A stretch of 64,000 bases of DNA from the human T2T-CHM13v2.0 reference genome, Homo sapiens, in assembly GCF_009914755.1 (NCBI RefSeq), contig NC_060938.1. One strand, written 5' to 3'. Below are positions 13,081 to 31,428 of the stretch, piece by piece (position 1 is the stretch's first letter; each line of letters begins with the position of its first letter). Both the position numbers and the translations under genes were made by a program. The notes beneath the pieces are model-generated. The model saw nothing but the letters and a program-made list of their open reading frames with translations. It was not told the DNA's origin and did no database searches.

Positions 13081-14329
13081 TAGTTGGTCCTCTTGCTTAT
13101 ATTCTTCTATTTTATATTTTTAAAAATACTCCATGGGTAAGACTGATGTATATCCCCAGTTGAGAATTAATGATCTAGAATCCTCTAGATTCAAATTAAA
13201 GAAGTAAGGTTTTGGTTAAGTTAGCATTTCAAATAATAACTGAGTTTACAATTAATAATGCTATATGCTATACTGCTGTTGTCTAATATCAGACAAAACA
13301 TTGCCAGGATACTAACAAATACAGAAAAACTTGAAAGAAACCATTTCTTAAGAGTTTTGATCAGTGTTTTCCCTGAGGTGAAAACATAGGCTAAAAAAGT
13401 GAGAACATTGACAAATCCCCAGGGACATCCCACAAATCATACAATTTCTGAAGTATTCACTTAACTTACACAGATTTCACCTGGGGCAGGATGAATGTCT
13501 CTTCTGATATCTCTTCCCATGAAACTCTTACACTAGTCACATATCAAACAAACCCACTTATTTCTAATACTTCTTTTTTTATAAAGTAAAAGAGAAAACC
13601 TTGTCATTTTTTTTCCCCGGAGCTTTCTGGGAAATCTCAAAGATGAAAGTTTTAGGTGTAAAAAAAATCTTGAAACTTTTATTTCATTTTTTTTCTACAT
13701 TTAGGATCCTATTTGGGGAAGGTAAATTTTTAACAGTTATCAGAACAGTTTGGACACTTGCTTACGAGAGGCCATGGATACCTAAGAAGCAATATTTGGT
13801 TACCTATTTAATTAAAGTGACAATAAAACATTTAAAAATATATACTAACAGCAATGCAGTTAGAAAAAACCCTTATGTCTTTCATAAATGAGGAATTTTT
13901 TTCTCCTTAAATAATCAAAGACATTATAAGGTCATCATATAACACAGAAAATTATTCTGGTAAGACACAGAATATTTTCTCTCTAGACAGAAAGAATTCT
14001 TCACTTTAATTTTGTAAAGTAAGCATAGTATTCATTACAGACAGTGAAGAATTACCATTCATATTGTAAACAAAGGCATGCATCAATAAACCAGGGAAGC
14101 AAACCCATCAAAATAGAATGAACTTTCCTAAGATTTTAACACATTTCATCACTTCTTTTCAGACTGAGCTATCATCCACAAAGGCCAAGCTGAATCCACA
14201 TTCCAAGTGTGGTCTTTCCTTATGCTCTTAGGTATTCTGGGACAAACTGACACACGACATAAGGACAGATCTCAGGTCCAAAAGATCAAAACAAATTTTT
14301 AAAGTATTTCTAACATATTACTTACGTAA

Positions 14330-14516
14330 ACATGCAATTTGTTCATCGCTGCTATTCTCAAATTAGGCAATAAACCAATATTTTTAAAATTCTCAGCTCT
14401 AATTTCTAATATGATATTGATAGTTATAATCTACATACACAGATAACCTTTGAGATCTGCAACAAGCCCCAAGGGTGTAAAATGGTTTGGAGACCAAAAA
14501 TTTGAGGACAGCCGCT
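14330..14516 (-). mobile_element. hAT-Charlie (Charlie1-like) terminal fragment
   Basis: gggtgtaaaatggtttggagaccaaaaatttgaggacagccgct resembles the reverse complement of the terminus at 19986. Confidence 0.55.
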
Positions 14517-15185
14517 CTTTTTCCATGAAATATCAAAACACACATGCAGTTGGATCTCCCTGTCACTATCGCTCCTTAGTGGCAACCACTCATTAATTAT
14601 AACTTTTAAACAAAGTAACTAACTTCTCATTTACAGAGAAAAGTCAGTGTGGGATGGGTAATTGAGAACTTCCTGCAATACATGAGCATTACAGCAAACT
14701 AGAAAAGCTTGAAACAATTTTCTACAGCCATGCACATCTCTTTTACATGTTCTTAAAGTGGCAAAAGTGAACATGTTCACTAACATTACTCATAGATATA
14801 GCCCCTCTAGAGCTTTTAATTAATTAATTATATGGTACAGTAGTCTATCTTACTTAGAAATTATGTAGATATTCTCCATATATCTAATAATTAATTTAAT
14901 ACCAGTTCAAGGTTTTTCAACTACCTAAGGATCTTGGAAATTATCTTCAAGTTGGCAGGCTATGAAACATAATTATTCTTGAAATAAAGTTTTGGAAATC
15001 ATGATTCAATTTTGTTGGACACAAATTTACATTATGTACAAATAATATTAGTGTGTTTGATCAGTAACCTGATAACTATAGGACAAAGCAAAGCCAAGTA
15101 GAATAAAATGTATGCTTCTATTATACTCAGCACAGATAAATCAGAGAAGACGTAACTGTTTTATTAAACCAAACATATTAAACTA

Positions 15186-15730
15186 CAAATGCTCCTTGAC
15201 TTACGATGGAGTTATGTCTTAATAAACCCATTGTAAATTGAAAGTATTGTAAGCCAAAAACACTTTCGATTTATGATATTTTCTTTTTCTTTCTTTTTTT
15301 TTTTTTTTTTTTTTGAGACAGGGTCTTGCTCTGTTGCCCAGGGGGAGTGCAGTGGTGCAATCATCTCACTGCAGCCTTGGCCTCCTGGGCTCAGTGGATC
15401 CTCCCACCTTAGCCTCTTGAGTAGCTGGGACTATAGGCGCATGCCACCATGCCTGGCTAATTTTCGTATTTTTTGTAGATACGGGGTTTGGCCATGTTGC
15501 CCAGGCTAGCTTTGAACTCCAGGGCTCAAACAATCTGCCCACCTCGGCCTCCCAAAGTGCTGGAATTAGAGGTGTGAGCCACAGCACCCAGCCAGTATTT
15601 TCAATTTGAGATGAGTTTATCTGGATGTAACCCCGTTGAAACTGAGGAGTGTACTGAATGAATATCACTTTTGCACCATTGTAAAGTTGAAAAACCCTAA
15701 ATCAAACGATGGTAAATCGGGAACTTTCTG
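15186..15730. mobile_element. TcMar-Tigger MITE (MER47/Tigger5-like) split by an Alu
   Basis: TA|caaatgctccttgacttacgatgg... and ...gatggtaaatcgggaactttctg form terminal inverted repeats. Confidence 0.75.
15279..15593 (-). mobile_element. AluJ
   Basis: Dimeric Alu with J-type diagnostics (gagacagggtcttgc, ctcctgggctca). Confidence 0.95.
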
Positions 15731-15771
15731 CAGTCTTATTTGCCAAAGATTTGCTGTAATTATGTGAGCTT

Positions 15772-15938
15772 GGGCAGGGTGCAGTGACTCACACCTATAA
15801 TCTCAGTGCTTTGGGAGGCCAAAACGAAAGGATGGCTTGAGCTCAGGTGTTCAAGGCTGCAGTGAGCTATGACTGTGTCACTGAACTCCAACCTGGATGA
15901 CAGAACAGGACCCTGTTTCTCAAAGAAAAAAAAAAAAA
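15772..15938 (+). mobile_element. Monomeric Alu (FAM/FRAM-like or deleted AluJ)
   Basis: About 150-bp Alu monomer with A tail. Confidence 0.85.
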
Positions 15939-15943
15939 GGTGG

Positions 15944-16246
15944 AAGGTGGGAAGGGTGGCTCCTGCCTATAATCCTAGCACTTTGGGAAGTTGAGGCAGG
16001 AGGCTGACTTGAGGTCAAGAGTTCGAGACCAGTCTAAGCAACATAGAGAGACCTGTTTTTGCTAAAAATTTAAAAAACAACAAAAAAAATCTGAGTGTAG
16101 TTGGCATGCATCTGTAGTCCCAGGTACTCAGGAGGCTGAGATGGGAAGATCACTTGAACCCAGGGGTGAGGCTGGAGTGAACCATGGTTGTGCCACTGCA
16201 CTCCAGCCTGAGGGACAGAGCAAGACCCTGTTTCAAAAAAAAAAAA
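15944..16246 (+). mobile_element. AluJ
   Basis: Diverged dimeric Alu with A tail. Confidence 0.9.
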
Positions 16247-16942
16247 TTACTTGGATTCTTAAAGGGTTTCTGAATTTGTTTCTGCAAGCATATTTTAGTG
16301 TAGTACATTTAAAGTATTAGAAATCCAATCTCCTCAGTTTATTAAAATTTTAGGAATAGTCAATTTATAAAAGCACTTATTTATGTCTTTAAGTCAATCA
16401 GAATAGAACTTCTTTAAGAAACCAAAATTTAATTGATTAATACTCTCTCGAGGTAGGAAAAGATTTTGTACTCACACAAGAGGTAAAGGCTTGAATTACA
16501 GAAATAGATGTCTAGCCACAAAGGAGCTTAGAGCTTCAATTCTACAGTTTTAGTCTCAGGTTAAGAGATAGAAGGCACAGAAACACAAAAACTCACTGGT
16601 ACAGATATCAAAGGGCTACTCTCCTTCCCGATGGGCACTAACGTCTTTGAGCTAAAAATAGACAAATTGATAAACAAATTAACACTAACCAACCAGATTC
16701 TCTGTCATCTTTTTATTTAACAGAAAACAGATTTATATAACATATTAATCCATTTATAGAAACCGTTAAATGATCAGACTTTAAAACCAAATTCCCGCTC
16801 ATTGTTGCCACCACTGGGGGATGACTTCTCAGCCATATGCAAAAGAAACAAATGAAATGAAATAAAACAAAACAAGACACAGAATTGGTGGAGATGGGGG
16901 AAAAAAAATGAGAGAAACAGTCAACAATGTTCTATTGCTGCC

Positions 16943-17790
<848 letters not shown>

Positions 17791-17949
17791 CTACCTCAGG
17801 TTCCTCTCCAGGAGCCAAGAATTTACATACTGGGCCTTCAGCTTCCTGGGGATGCATTTCTCTTCTCCGGGAGTGCAGTTTCTCTTGGTCTGTCAGGTGA
17901 GTCCACTCTGCACATCGCTGGAAGATGTCTAAAGCTGCTAAAAAATAAT

Positions 17950-18911
17950 TTTTTTAAAAAAAGGTAAACATAACATACAAATATAAAATGAACATGTCAA
18001 TAATTTTATTTAACTTAATAAGAGAAATAGTATGATGTCACAATAGATGTCACAAAAGAGATTTCAAAGAGCAGAGACACATGCAGGCATGCAGGGGAGG
18101 AAAAATGTCTTTTCCTTGTACTGGTCTTAGAGTTGTAGGCTGGGGCCCTTGTAATGAAAGACAGGAACAACAGAAATGCTAACATATTTATTTAATAAAA
18201 GTTTTTTGTAACACTGGGGACTTCCTAAGGAAAGAAAACCCGAAAGAAACAGTTAAACCTGTGTTTTGATGCCAGGTTTGATGAAGAGGGGAAAGTTGTA
18301 GAAGAGTGTGTTAGGACAAAGGGAATGAGTAAATCGGGGGAACATAGCAAGGCCTGTTCACTCACATTCCTCTCTGTGTCCCTCCATCTTCAGAGGTAAG
18401 GATGCTTCTTTCCTCCGGATGTAGGGAGGGCACCTCTCACATGAGAGGTTTATGATCTCCTTCATGGGAGAAGGGCAGGGGAAAGTCAGAGAGACCTTTC
18501 TGCACTATGTATTTCTCAAATTCCTTCAGCTGCAAATACTCAGTATGCCAAGGTGGGTGGCATATTTTGGGGCGATGTGTCCTGAACTTGGAGTTACATG
18601 TAAGTTACACTTACATGAATTTACAAATAAATGTAAAATCTGCTTTTTCCATAGTGAGAGGGGGAAGGGAAATCAATTGTCTCCCCACCTAACAAAATGT
18701 GTTTTCATGTTTATAGACCAGAATGATTTGCATTGCCACCAGCTATCTACAATTTACAGAGTTGTAAAATAGCTCAAAGACTATGAAAGATGAAAACCCC
18801 ATAGAGCAGAAAACCTAAAGGGGTGTGCTTTAGACAACATAGAGATTTCCATTGAAGATATACTCTCGTCTTTTTGTTTGTTTGTTTTGGTCCATTTCAA
18901 AGTCTTTCACA
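17950..18911 (-). mobile_element. 5' LTR of the old provirus, split by another LTR
   Basis: Homologous to 1070-1523 on both sides of the insertion at 18090-18598. Confidence 0.75.
18090..18598 (-). mobile_element. MER31/MER67-type solo LTR (ERV1)
   Basis: tttctcaaattccttcagc...cagtatgccaaggtg..catattttgggg..tgtcctgaac is the reverse complement of the MER31/67 5' end; absent from the sister LTR. Confidence 0.75.
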
Positions 18912-20174
18912 GACAAGGCTCAAAAGTATAAAAATTATAAAAATCACACAAAGTTTACAGCAAAACAGTTATATTAAATGTGGGCCATAGGTACATTTTA
19001 CTATCTTTGATTTGACGTGGAGTGGAATATTAAAAAAAAAAAGTGAAAGTGCCTAGAATCTGTAAAGGTCCCGTTGCTGTTTAGTAGGTGATAGCACTGT
19101 GTTAAGCGATTGGGTGATCACTGAGAAGAGGGGAGATTTGGGCCAAGCCTTCATGGGACTTATATCCCATTTCATCATGGTGTACAAAAACAAAGAAAAA
19201 AGTTTTTTTAAATTAGGTACTGATATGTAATCAGAAAAATTAAGTTCAGTAAAAGAGGATGGTGCAGAGGAAATGTAACTGACTAAATAAGGTGGTATAG
19301 AAGATATTGTTGGTTGCTGACTTACTATGTTTCACCACTTTTTTGAGATCAGACCCTTAATTTTTTTCTAGTAAAGAGGGGCTCAAAGTGTGCAGGGAAG
19401 GTAGGCCCTTTCCCTGGTTCCAGGCTATGGTCAAAGCCCATCACGGTAATTCTATTCTCTGTGTCTTTCTCTCCATTACTGCCGAAATTACTCTGTTTCT
19501 GGCACTATTATCTCTCTTTAGTGTTACCATTCTCCAAATAATTTTCTTTCTGTTAACCTGTTTAATTGTGAACTTAATTATAAATTAATTCATTTAAAAT
19601 TAATTGTGAAATTGTGAAAACACATACACATAATGAAAAGCATATAAAATGAAAAGAAAAGAACAGCTTTTAATAAAATGATCATCCATGTAACTATCAT
19701 GCAGGGAATAGACTAAGAAATTGTGAGCATCCTCCAGTCCATCCACATCTCTTTACCTGATTGTGGCCCCTTTCTTATTTCCAGAGACAATCACTATCTT
19801 GATACTGTGCTAATTTCATCTAGCCTTTTCGTCAGGGTTTTACCACCTATATATTCATCTGAAAATTTTGCAGTTATGGCTGTTCTGAACTTTATTATAA
19901 GTTGCTTCCTTCACTCAACACTGTATTTGTGAGATTCATTCATGTTGCTGGCAAAACTAATTTGCTAAGTTTCATTGCTATATAGCAGTGTTCTCAAAAC
20001 TTTTTGCTCTCAGAACCCCTTTACACTGTTAAACATTATTGGGAAGCCCAAATACCGTTTGTTTATATAGGTTATACCTATCAGTATTTAGTGCATTAGA
20101 AATTAAAATGAAAATCTAAAAATATTTCTTGATTCATTAGAAATAATATTAATACTTCAAAAAAGTATTGGATA

Positions 20175-20974
<800 letters not shown>

Positions 20975-21874
20975 TCATCTCACTGTGACTGGGACAGTGG
21001 GTGCAGCCCATGGAGGGTGAGCTGAAGCAGGGCGGGGTGCAAGGGGTCAGGGGATTTCCCTTTCCTAGCCAAGGGAAGCCGTGACAGACTGTACCTGGAG
21101 AAATGGTACACTCCTGACCAAGTACTGCACTTTGCCCATGGTTTTAGCAACTGGCAGACCAGGAGATTCCCTCCCATGCCTGGCTTGGCAGGTCCCACGC
21201 CCACGGACCCTTGCTCACTGCAAGCACAGCAGTCAGATCAACCTGCGATGCTGCAGCTGGATATGGGGAGGGGCATCCGCCATTGCCGAGGCTTGAGTAT
21301 CTCACAGTGTAAACAAAGAGGCCTGGAAGCATGAACTGGGTGGAGCCCACCGCAGCTTAGCAAGGCCTACTGCCTCCATAGATTCCACCTCTGCGGGCAG
21401 GGCATAGTAGGACAAAAGGCAGCAGACAGCTTCTGTAGACTTAAACATCCCTGTCTGACAGCTCTGAAGAGAGCAGTGGTTTTCTCAGCAAGGTGTTTGA
21501 GCTCTGAGAATGGATAGACTGCCTCCTCAAGTGGGTCCCTGACCCCCGTGTAGCCTGATTGGGAAACAGCTCGCAGTAGGGGCTGACAGACACCTCAAAC
21601 AGGTGGGTGCCCCTATGGGACAAAGCTTCCAGAGGAAGGATCAGGCAGCAATATTTGCCGTTCTGCAGCCTCCGCTGGTGATACCCAGGCAAACAGGGTG
21701 TGGAGTGGACCTCCAGCAAACTCCAACAGACCTGCAGCTGAGGGACATGACTGTTAGAAGGAAAATGAACAAACAGAAAGGAATAGCATCAACATCAACA
21801 AAAAGGACATCCACACCAAAACCCCATCTCTAGGTCACCAACGTCAAAGACCAAAGGTAGATAAAACCACAAAG

Positions 21875-22898
21875 ATGGGGAGAAACCAGAGCAGAAAAGC
21901 TGAAAATTCCAAAAAAACAGAAGGCCTCTTCTCCAAAGGATCACAGCTCCTCGCCAGTAAGGGAACAAAACTGGATTGGAGAATGAGTTTGATGAGTTGA
22001 CAGAAGTAGGCTTCAGAAGGTCAGTAATAACAAACATCTCCAAGCTAAAGGAGCATGTTCTAACCCATCGTAAGGAAGCTAAAAATCTTGAAAAAAGGTT
22101 AGATGAGTGGCTAACTAGAATAAACAGTGTGGAGAGGACCTTAAATGACCTGATGGAGCTGAAAACTATGGCATGAGAACTTCGTGATGGATGCACAAGC
22201 TTCAATAGCTGATTCAATCAAGTGGAAGAAAGGATATCAATGATTGAAGATCTAATTAATGAAATAAAGTGAGAAGACATGGTTAGAGAAAAAAGAGTGA
22301 AAAGAAACAAACAAAGCCTCCAAGAAATGTGGGACTATGTGAAAACACCTAATCTAAGTTTGATTGGCGTACCAGAAAGTGACAGGGAGAATGGAACCAA
22401 GTTAGAAAACACTCTTCAGGATACTATCCAGGAGAATTTCCCTAACCTAGCAAGGCAGGGCAACATTCAAATTCAGGAAATACAGAGAAGACCACAAAGA
22501 TACTCCTCGAGAAGAGCAACCCCAAGACCCATAACTGTCAGATTCACCAAGGTTGAAATAAGGAAAAAATGTTAAGGGCAGCCAGAGAGAAAGGTCGGGT
22601 TACCCACAAAGGGAAGCCCATTAGACTAACTGTGGATCTCTTGGCAGAAACCCTACAAGCCAGAAGAGAGTGGGGACCAATATTCAACATTTTTAAAGGA
22701 AAGAATTTTCAACCCAGAATCTCATATCCAGCCAAACTAAGCTTCATAAGTGAAGGAGAAATAAAATCCTTTACAGATAATCAAATGCTGAGAGATTTTG
22801 TCACCACCAGGCCTGCCTTACAAGAGCTGCTGAAGGAAGCACTAAACATGGAAAGGAATAACCAGTACCAGCCACTGCAAAAACATGCCAAATGGTAA
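21875..22898 (+). pseudogene. L1 ORF1p, disrupted
   Basis: ATG at 21875; fragments MENEFDEL..., LRAAREKGRVTHKGKPIRLT...HAKW; several stops and frameshifts. Confidence 0.9.
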
Positions 22899-22961
22899 AG
22901 ACCATCAATGCTATGAAGAAACTGCATCAATTAACGGGCAAAATAACCAGCTAGCATCATA

Positions 22962-27071
<4,110 letters not shown>

Positions 27072-27400
27072 ACAATGAGAACACATGGACATAGGGTGGG
27101 GAACATCACACACCAGGGCCGGTCTGGGGTGGGGAGCTGGGCGAGAGCTAGCATTAGGAGAAATACTTAATGTAAATCATGAGTTGATGGGTGCAGCAAA
27201 CCAACATTGCACATGTATACCTATGTAACAAACCTGCACGTTGTGCACACGTACCCTAGAACTTAAAGTATAATTATAATAAAAAAGAAAACAAAACAAA
27301 AAAATTCTTAAAATGACAATTTTTCTGCTATATATATTTTAGCATAATAAAACAAACAAGAACAAAAATAATGATAATAAAACCATTACTGTAACATTAG

Positions 27401-27755
27401 TGCTATGGTCTGAATGTTTGTCCCCCTGCCCCAAAATTCACATGTTAGAATCCTAATCCTCAAGGTGATGGTATTAGATGAGGTGTTTGGAAGATGACTA
27501 GGTCATGAGGGCAGAGCCCTCATGAATCAGATTAATGCCCTTATAAAAGGGCTTAAGGGGACTCCTTTGCCTCTTCCCCCATGTGAGGACTCAGGGAGAA
27601 GACACCATCTGCGAACCAGAAAGCAACTCTTCACCAGACACTGAATCTCCCAGCGCCTTGATCTTGGACTTCTCAAACTCCAGAAATCAGACAAATGTTT
27701 CTGTTTTTATATGCTACCTAACTTATGGTATTTTGTTATAGAAGCAATCTGAACC
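27401..27755 (+). mobile_element. MLT1A-type MaLR LTR
   Basis: tgctatggtctgaatgtttgtccccc...tatggtattttgttatag. Confidence 0.8.
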
Positions 27756-28759
27756 GTCTTAGTCTTACAACAAGTTACATATTTTCATGAAAAATAACTG
27801 TAGTTTCCAAAATGAGAAATTAATTAGAAGAGTGGCATTGTTTTACTGTCTTCAACGTGTGGTTTAAGAGAAGACAGTTGAATTTACATGGGATTTTGCA
27901 TTGATGTGTTGTAATACTTTGGTTTGGTTGAAGTATCTGAAGGAAATCTAGTTTCACGCAATTATGCAGTTGGAAAAGGGAGGAGTAGTTTAATAGGTTT
28001 TGCAGGTAATTGTGGGCATTCTTCTTTGATATTATGCCAGAATTTGATAAATAGTAGTTTCTTAAGAATTTTTTGAATGTGGAATCTGAAACCATATAGT
28101 TTTGTCTATCTTGCTCTTTGAGTGGATCTTTTACTTAAGTATGATTTTATAACATTATGCATCGGTCATTTTGAATATGTTGGCTCATGAGTTATACATG
28201 TCTTCTGAATGTTGACATATTTTATTATGCAATATAAAAAAAATCCCAACAGTTAAAATTGCCACCATCTCATCTGAAGATTCTTTAAGTTTTGGAAAAC
28301 TCATAGTGGTGGGACCAGTTTTCAAAAATTCTAATTTTCATGTGAAAGCTCAGATTTCATAATTGGCAACAAATACTGTCTTTTTTTTCCCCAGGCTTAC
28401 TTTGTTAATGTTTGAGAAAATATCTGCCAGATTCCTAAGTCTGAATAACTATTGCTGATGTCAGTTTGTTTTTTCAATTAAAAACTGCCGTGTCATTTTA
28501 AAAAATTGATAGTTTAGCTCACAACTCAATTATTTGCACAAATGCTTTTCTTCAAGGCAGCCATTGTACTTTGGAATGCAGCAAAAGTGCTTTATGTATA
28601 CTTCGTATTTTGTCACACAGAATATTTAAAAATATACTAACTCTTTTGGAGAAAAATTTGGCAATACCATCAAAACAACATATTCACTTACTTTTGATTC
28701 AGCAATCCTACTTCTAGGAAACACCTTGAAGACATATCTCCAAGAGCACAAACATTTAT

Positions 28760-29163
28760 TATATATGTTGGATGTTTTGTACCTTCCAAATTTCATGTGC
28801 CCTCCCGTGTTGGAGGTGGGCCTAGTGGAAGGTTTTTGTGTCATGGAGATGGATCACTCATGAATGGCTTGGTGCAGTCCTCACAGTAATGAGTTAGTTC
28901 TCACTCTATGAGTTCATGTAAGATATGGTTGTTTAAAAGAGCCTGGCACCTTCTTCCTCTCTCACTCTCTCTCTCACCATGTGACACATTGGCTTCCCCT
29001 CACCTTCCAACATGATTGTAAGCTTCCTTAGGCCCTCACCAGCAGCAGATGTGGCACTACATTTCACGTTCAGCCTGCGGAACCATGAGCCAAATAAATC
29101 TTTTTTCTTCATAAATTACCCAGTCTACAGTATTCCTTTTTAGCAATGCAAATAAACTAACAC
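28760..29163 (+). mobile_element. MST-type MaLR LTR inside an old L1M fragment
   Basis: catgattgtaagcttcct..aaccatgagccaaataaa..taaattacccagtct..aactaacaca. Confidence 0.8.
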
Positions 29164-30245
29164 AATGCATATGTACACTTTTATTTGTTGCAGCATTGTT
29201 TAGAATTGCAAAGTATTGGAAACAACCTAAATGCCCATACATAGAGAACTGGTTGAATAAACTATATGACATCTACAAAATGGAGCATTGTATAGCTGTA
29301 TAGAAGAATAAAGACAATCTATAAGAACCAATTTGGAATGATTTCCAGAATATACTGTTAAGAGAAGAAAAGGAAAGAACAAAAGAATATCTATAGTATG
29401 CCATTCCTTATATAAGAAAAAAAGGATAAAACACACATAGCTGCTTGTTTTCACAAAAAAATTCAGGAAGTATAAATGAGATTATCTTAGGGATGGGTAG
29501 GAAGTAATGGGAATGGGGCTGTGCTGATAGTGATGAAGAGGAGTGACTTTTTTTGGGGGGGGTGGAGGTGTACCAAATGTCTTTATTTGAAGGAATAGTA
29601 CAAATCAAAGAACTTAAGTGAATGTTTTGGTACAACTTATAGAAAAGGTAAAGGAAACCCCAACATGCATGCACTGCCTTGGTGACCAGGGAAGTCACCC
29701 ATGGTTATGGGAAAATTAGCCTAAAGCTTAGCTCTCATTATTGCTCTGTCCCAGGGTGAGCTTGCCAAAGAGATAGTCTGCCAAGCCAGATTCAGGGGCT
29801 CCCACCTTGTGTGACTTGGTCACATGGTCACCCAATTCTTTGATGGATTTCACTTGCTCATTCAGGTAATGTGTCTCAATGAAGTCAACACAGTGGTGGT
29901 CATTTTTGTCAGTGGCCAGTTTGTGCAGTTCCAGTAGTGACTGATTCATGTTTTTTATCAAGTGTAATACACCCTCCATTGCATTCAGCCTGCTCTCCCA
30001 GTCATTACAGTATGGTTTCTTGATATCCTGAAGGAAGATTCAGCCACCTTGCTGGTTCTGCAGCATCTTCAGTGTCTCGGCATGTTTCCTCTTCTCATGA
30101 GATTGGTGAAGAAAGTACTTGGAAAAGTTCTTCAAAGCCACATCATCGCAGTCAAAGTAGTAAGATATGGACAGGAAGAGTTAGGAGGTGTAGCGTGAGC
30201 TCCAGGTTGAGCTGGCAGTTGATGGCAGCCTCTGTGTTCTGGTGG

Positions 30246-30728
30246 TGAGGCAGGAGAATAGGGTGTGGAGGCTGGGAACCTAAGGCCAATTTGCACTGAT
30301 GTCCTAGAACCGAATCAAAAGGAAACCCCACCTCCCCGTGCCCAAGTAACGAAAAGATCAGAGGCTACTCTCTTTGTGCTGCCTTGCAGATGAAAAATAG
30401 AAAGTACATCTGTAACTTCACTTCAGCTGCTGGTCCCCTCCCACAACCAATCAGACTGGTCGTGGGCCAAATCTTCTTTTACAAAGGGTGTAACCAAGTA
30501 ACCAATGGGAAACCTCTAGAGAGTATTTAAACCCCAGAAAATTCTGTAACCAGTGCTCTTGAACTGCTTGCTCAGCCTGCTCCTGCTCTCTGTGGAGTGT
30601 ACTTTTGTTTCAGTAAATCTGTCCTTTCCTTGCTTCATCCTTTAGTTGCTTTGCTTGTGCATTTTGTCCAATTCTTTGTTCAAAATGCCAAGAATCTGGA
30701 TGACTCCCAGTCAAGACCCTCCAATAGT
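30246..30728 (+). mobile_element. MER51-group solo LTR (ERV1) inserted at about codon 14 of the FTH1 pseudogene
   Basis: Starts tgaggcaggagaatagggtgtggaggctgggaacctaagg; CCAAT boxes, TATA-like gtatttaaa, agtaaa signal; near-TSD gtgg/atgg. Confidence 0.85.
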
Positions 30729-30916
30729 ATGGTAGTGGTGGCTCACCTGCAAGGGGGATGTAGTCAACATGGAGGCTAAGGAGAGGTGGCAGCGGCTGTG
30801 TGGCACTGGAGCAGCCGGGGCCTTGGAGCTGTCTGAGGGCTTGGTGAGGAGGAGGCAGAGGGCTGACTGTGAGCCGCAGGGGTGGGGTGGGGGGTGGGGG
30901 TAGAGGACCAGCACTG

Positions 30917-30949
30917 TGTTACATGCAAACACTGTTGAAGCAGGAAACC
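30917..30949 (-). promoter_or_regulatory. Degenerate iron-responsive element of the FTH1 5'UTR
   Basis: - strand reads GGTTTCCTGC-TTCAA-CAGTGT-TTGCA-TGTAAC. The C bulge and CAGUGN loop are intact, the upper stem has one mismatch and the lower stem is weakened. Confidence 0.85.
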
Positions 30950-31125
30950 TCGGCGACTCCCAGTGAAGAACGTCTAGATATATTGTTGAGTACACCATTT
31001 TGTACAGCCTTGACTCTTAGAATCAGCATCTTACACATACCCCCAAATATAAACAAACACTTCAAAGCAAACAGGATGTAAGAATAATCAAAATGAAATA
31101 AAAACCAGAACAAGCGAATTTTTTT

Positions 31126-31428
31126 TCTTTCTTTTTTCTTTCTTTCTTTTTTTTTTTTTGACAGAGTTTCACTGCTTTTGTTGCCCAGGCTGGAGTGCAA
31201 TGGCGTGATCTCGGCTCACCGCAATCTCCATCTCAAGTGATTCCCCTGCCTCAGCCTCCCAAGTAGCTGGGACTACAGGCACGTGCCACCACACCCAGCT
31301 AATTTTTGTATTTTTAGTAGATTTCATCACATTGGTCAGGCTGGTCTTGAACTCCTGACCTCAGTTGATCCACCCGCCTTGGCCTCCCAAAGTGCTAGGA
31401 TTGCAGGCATAAGCCACTGTGCCTGGCT
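31126..31428 (-). mobile_element. AluS
   Basis: Dimeric Alu; TSD gcgaatttttt at 31114 and 31429. Confidence 0.95.

Larger units (their letters stand above)
29548..30977 (-). pseudogene. FTH1P: FTH1 (ferritin heavy chain) processed pseudogene, full length to the mRNA 5' end, split by an LTR
   Basis: [40 protein letters not shown]; ATG at 30770-30768 (MLTTSPLQVSHHYH), stop at 29728-29730, AATAAA at 29582-29587; intronless; 5'UTR reaches ctagacgttcttcac at 30977; poly(A) degraded. Confidence 0.96.

Noticed and set aside
29728-29979. 83-aa ferritin-like ORF as a functional CDS
   Set aside because: It is a C-terminal remnant only; the upstream CDS is frameshifted and interrupted by an LTR.
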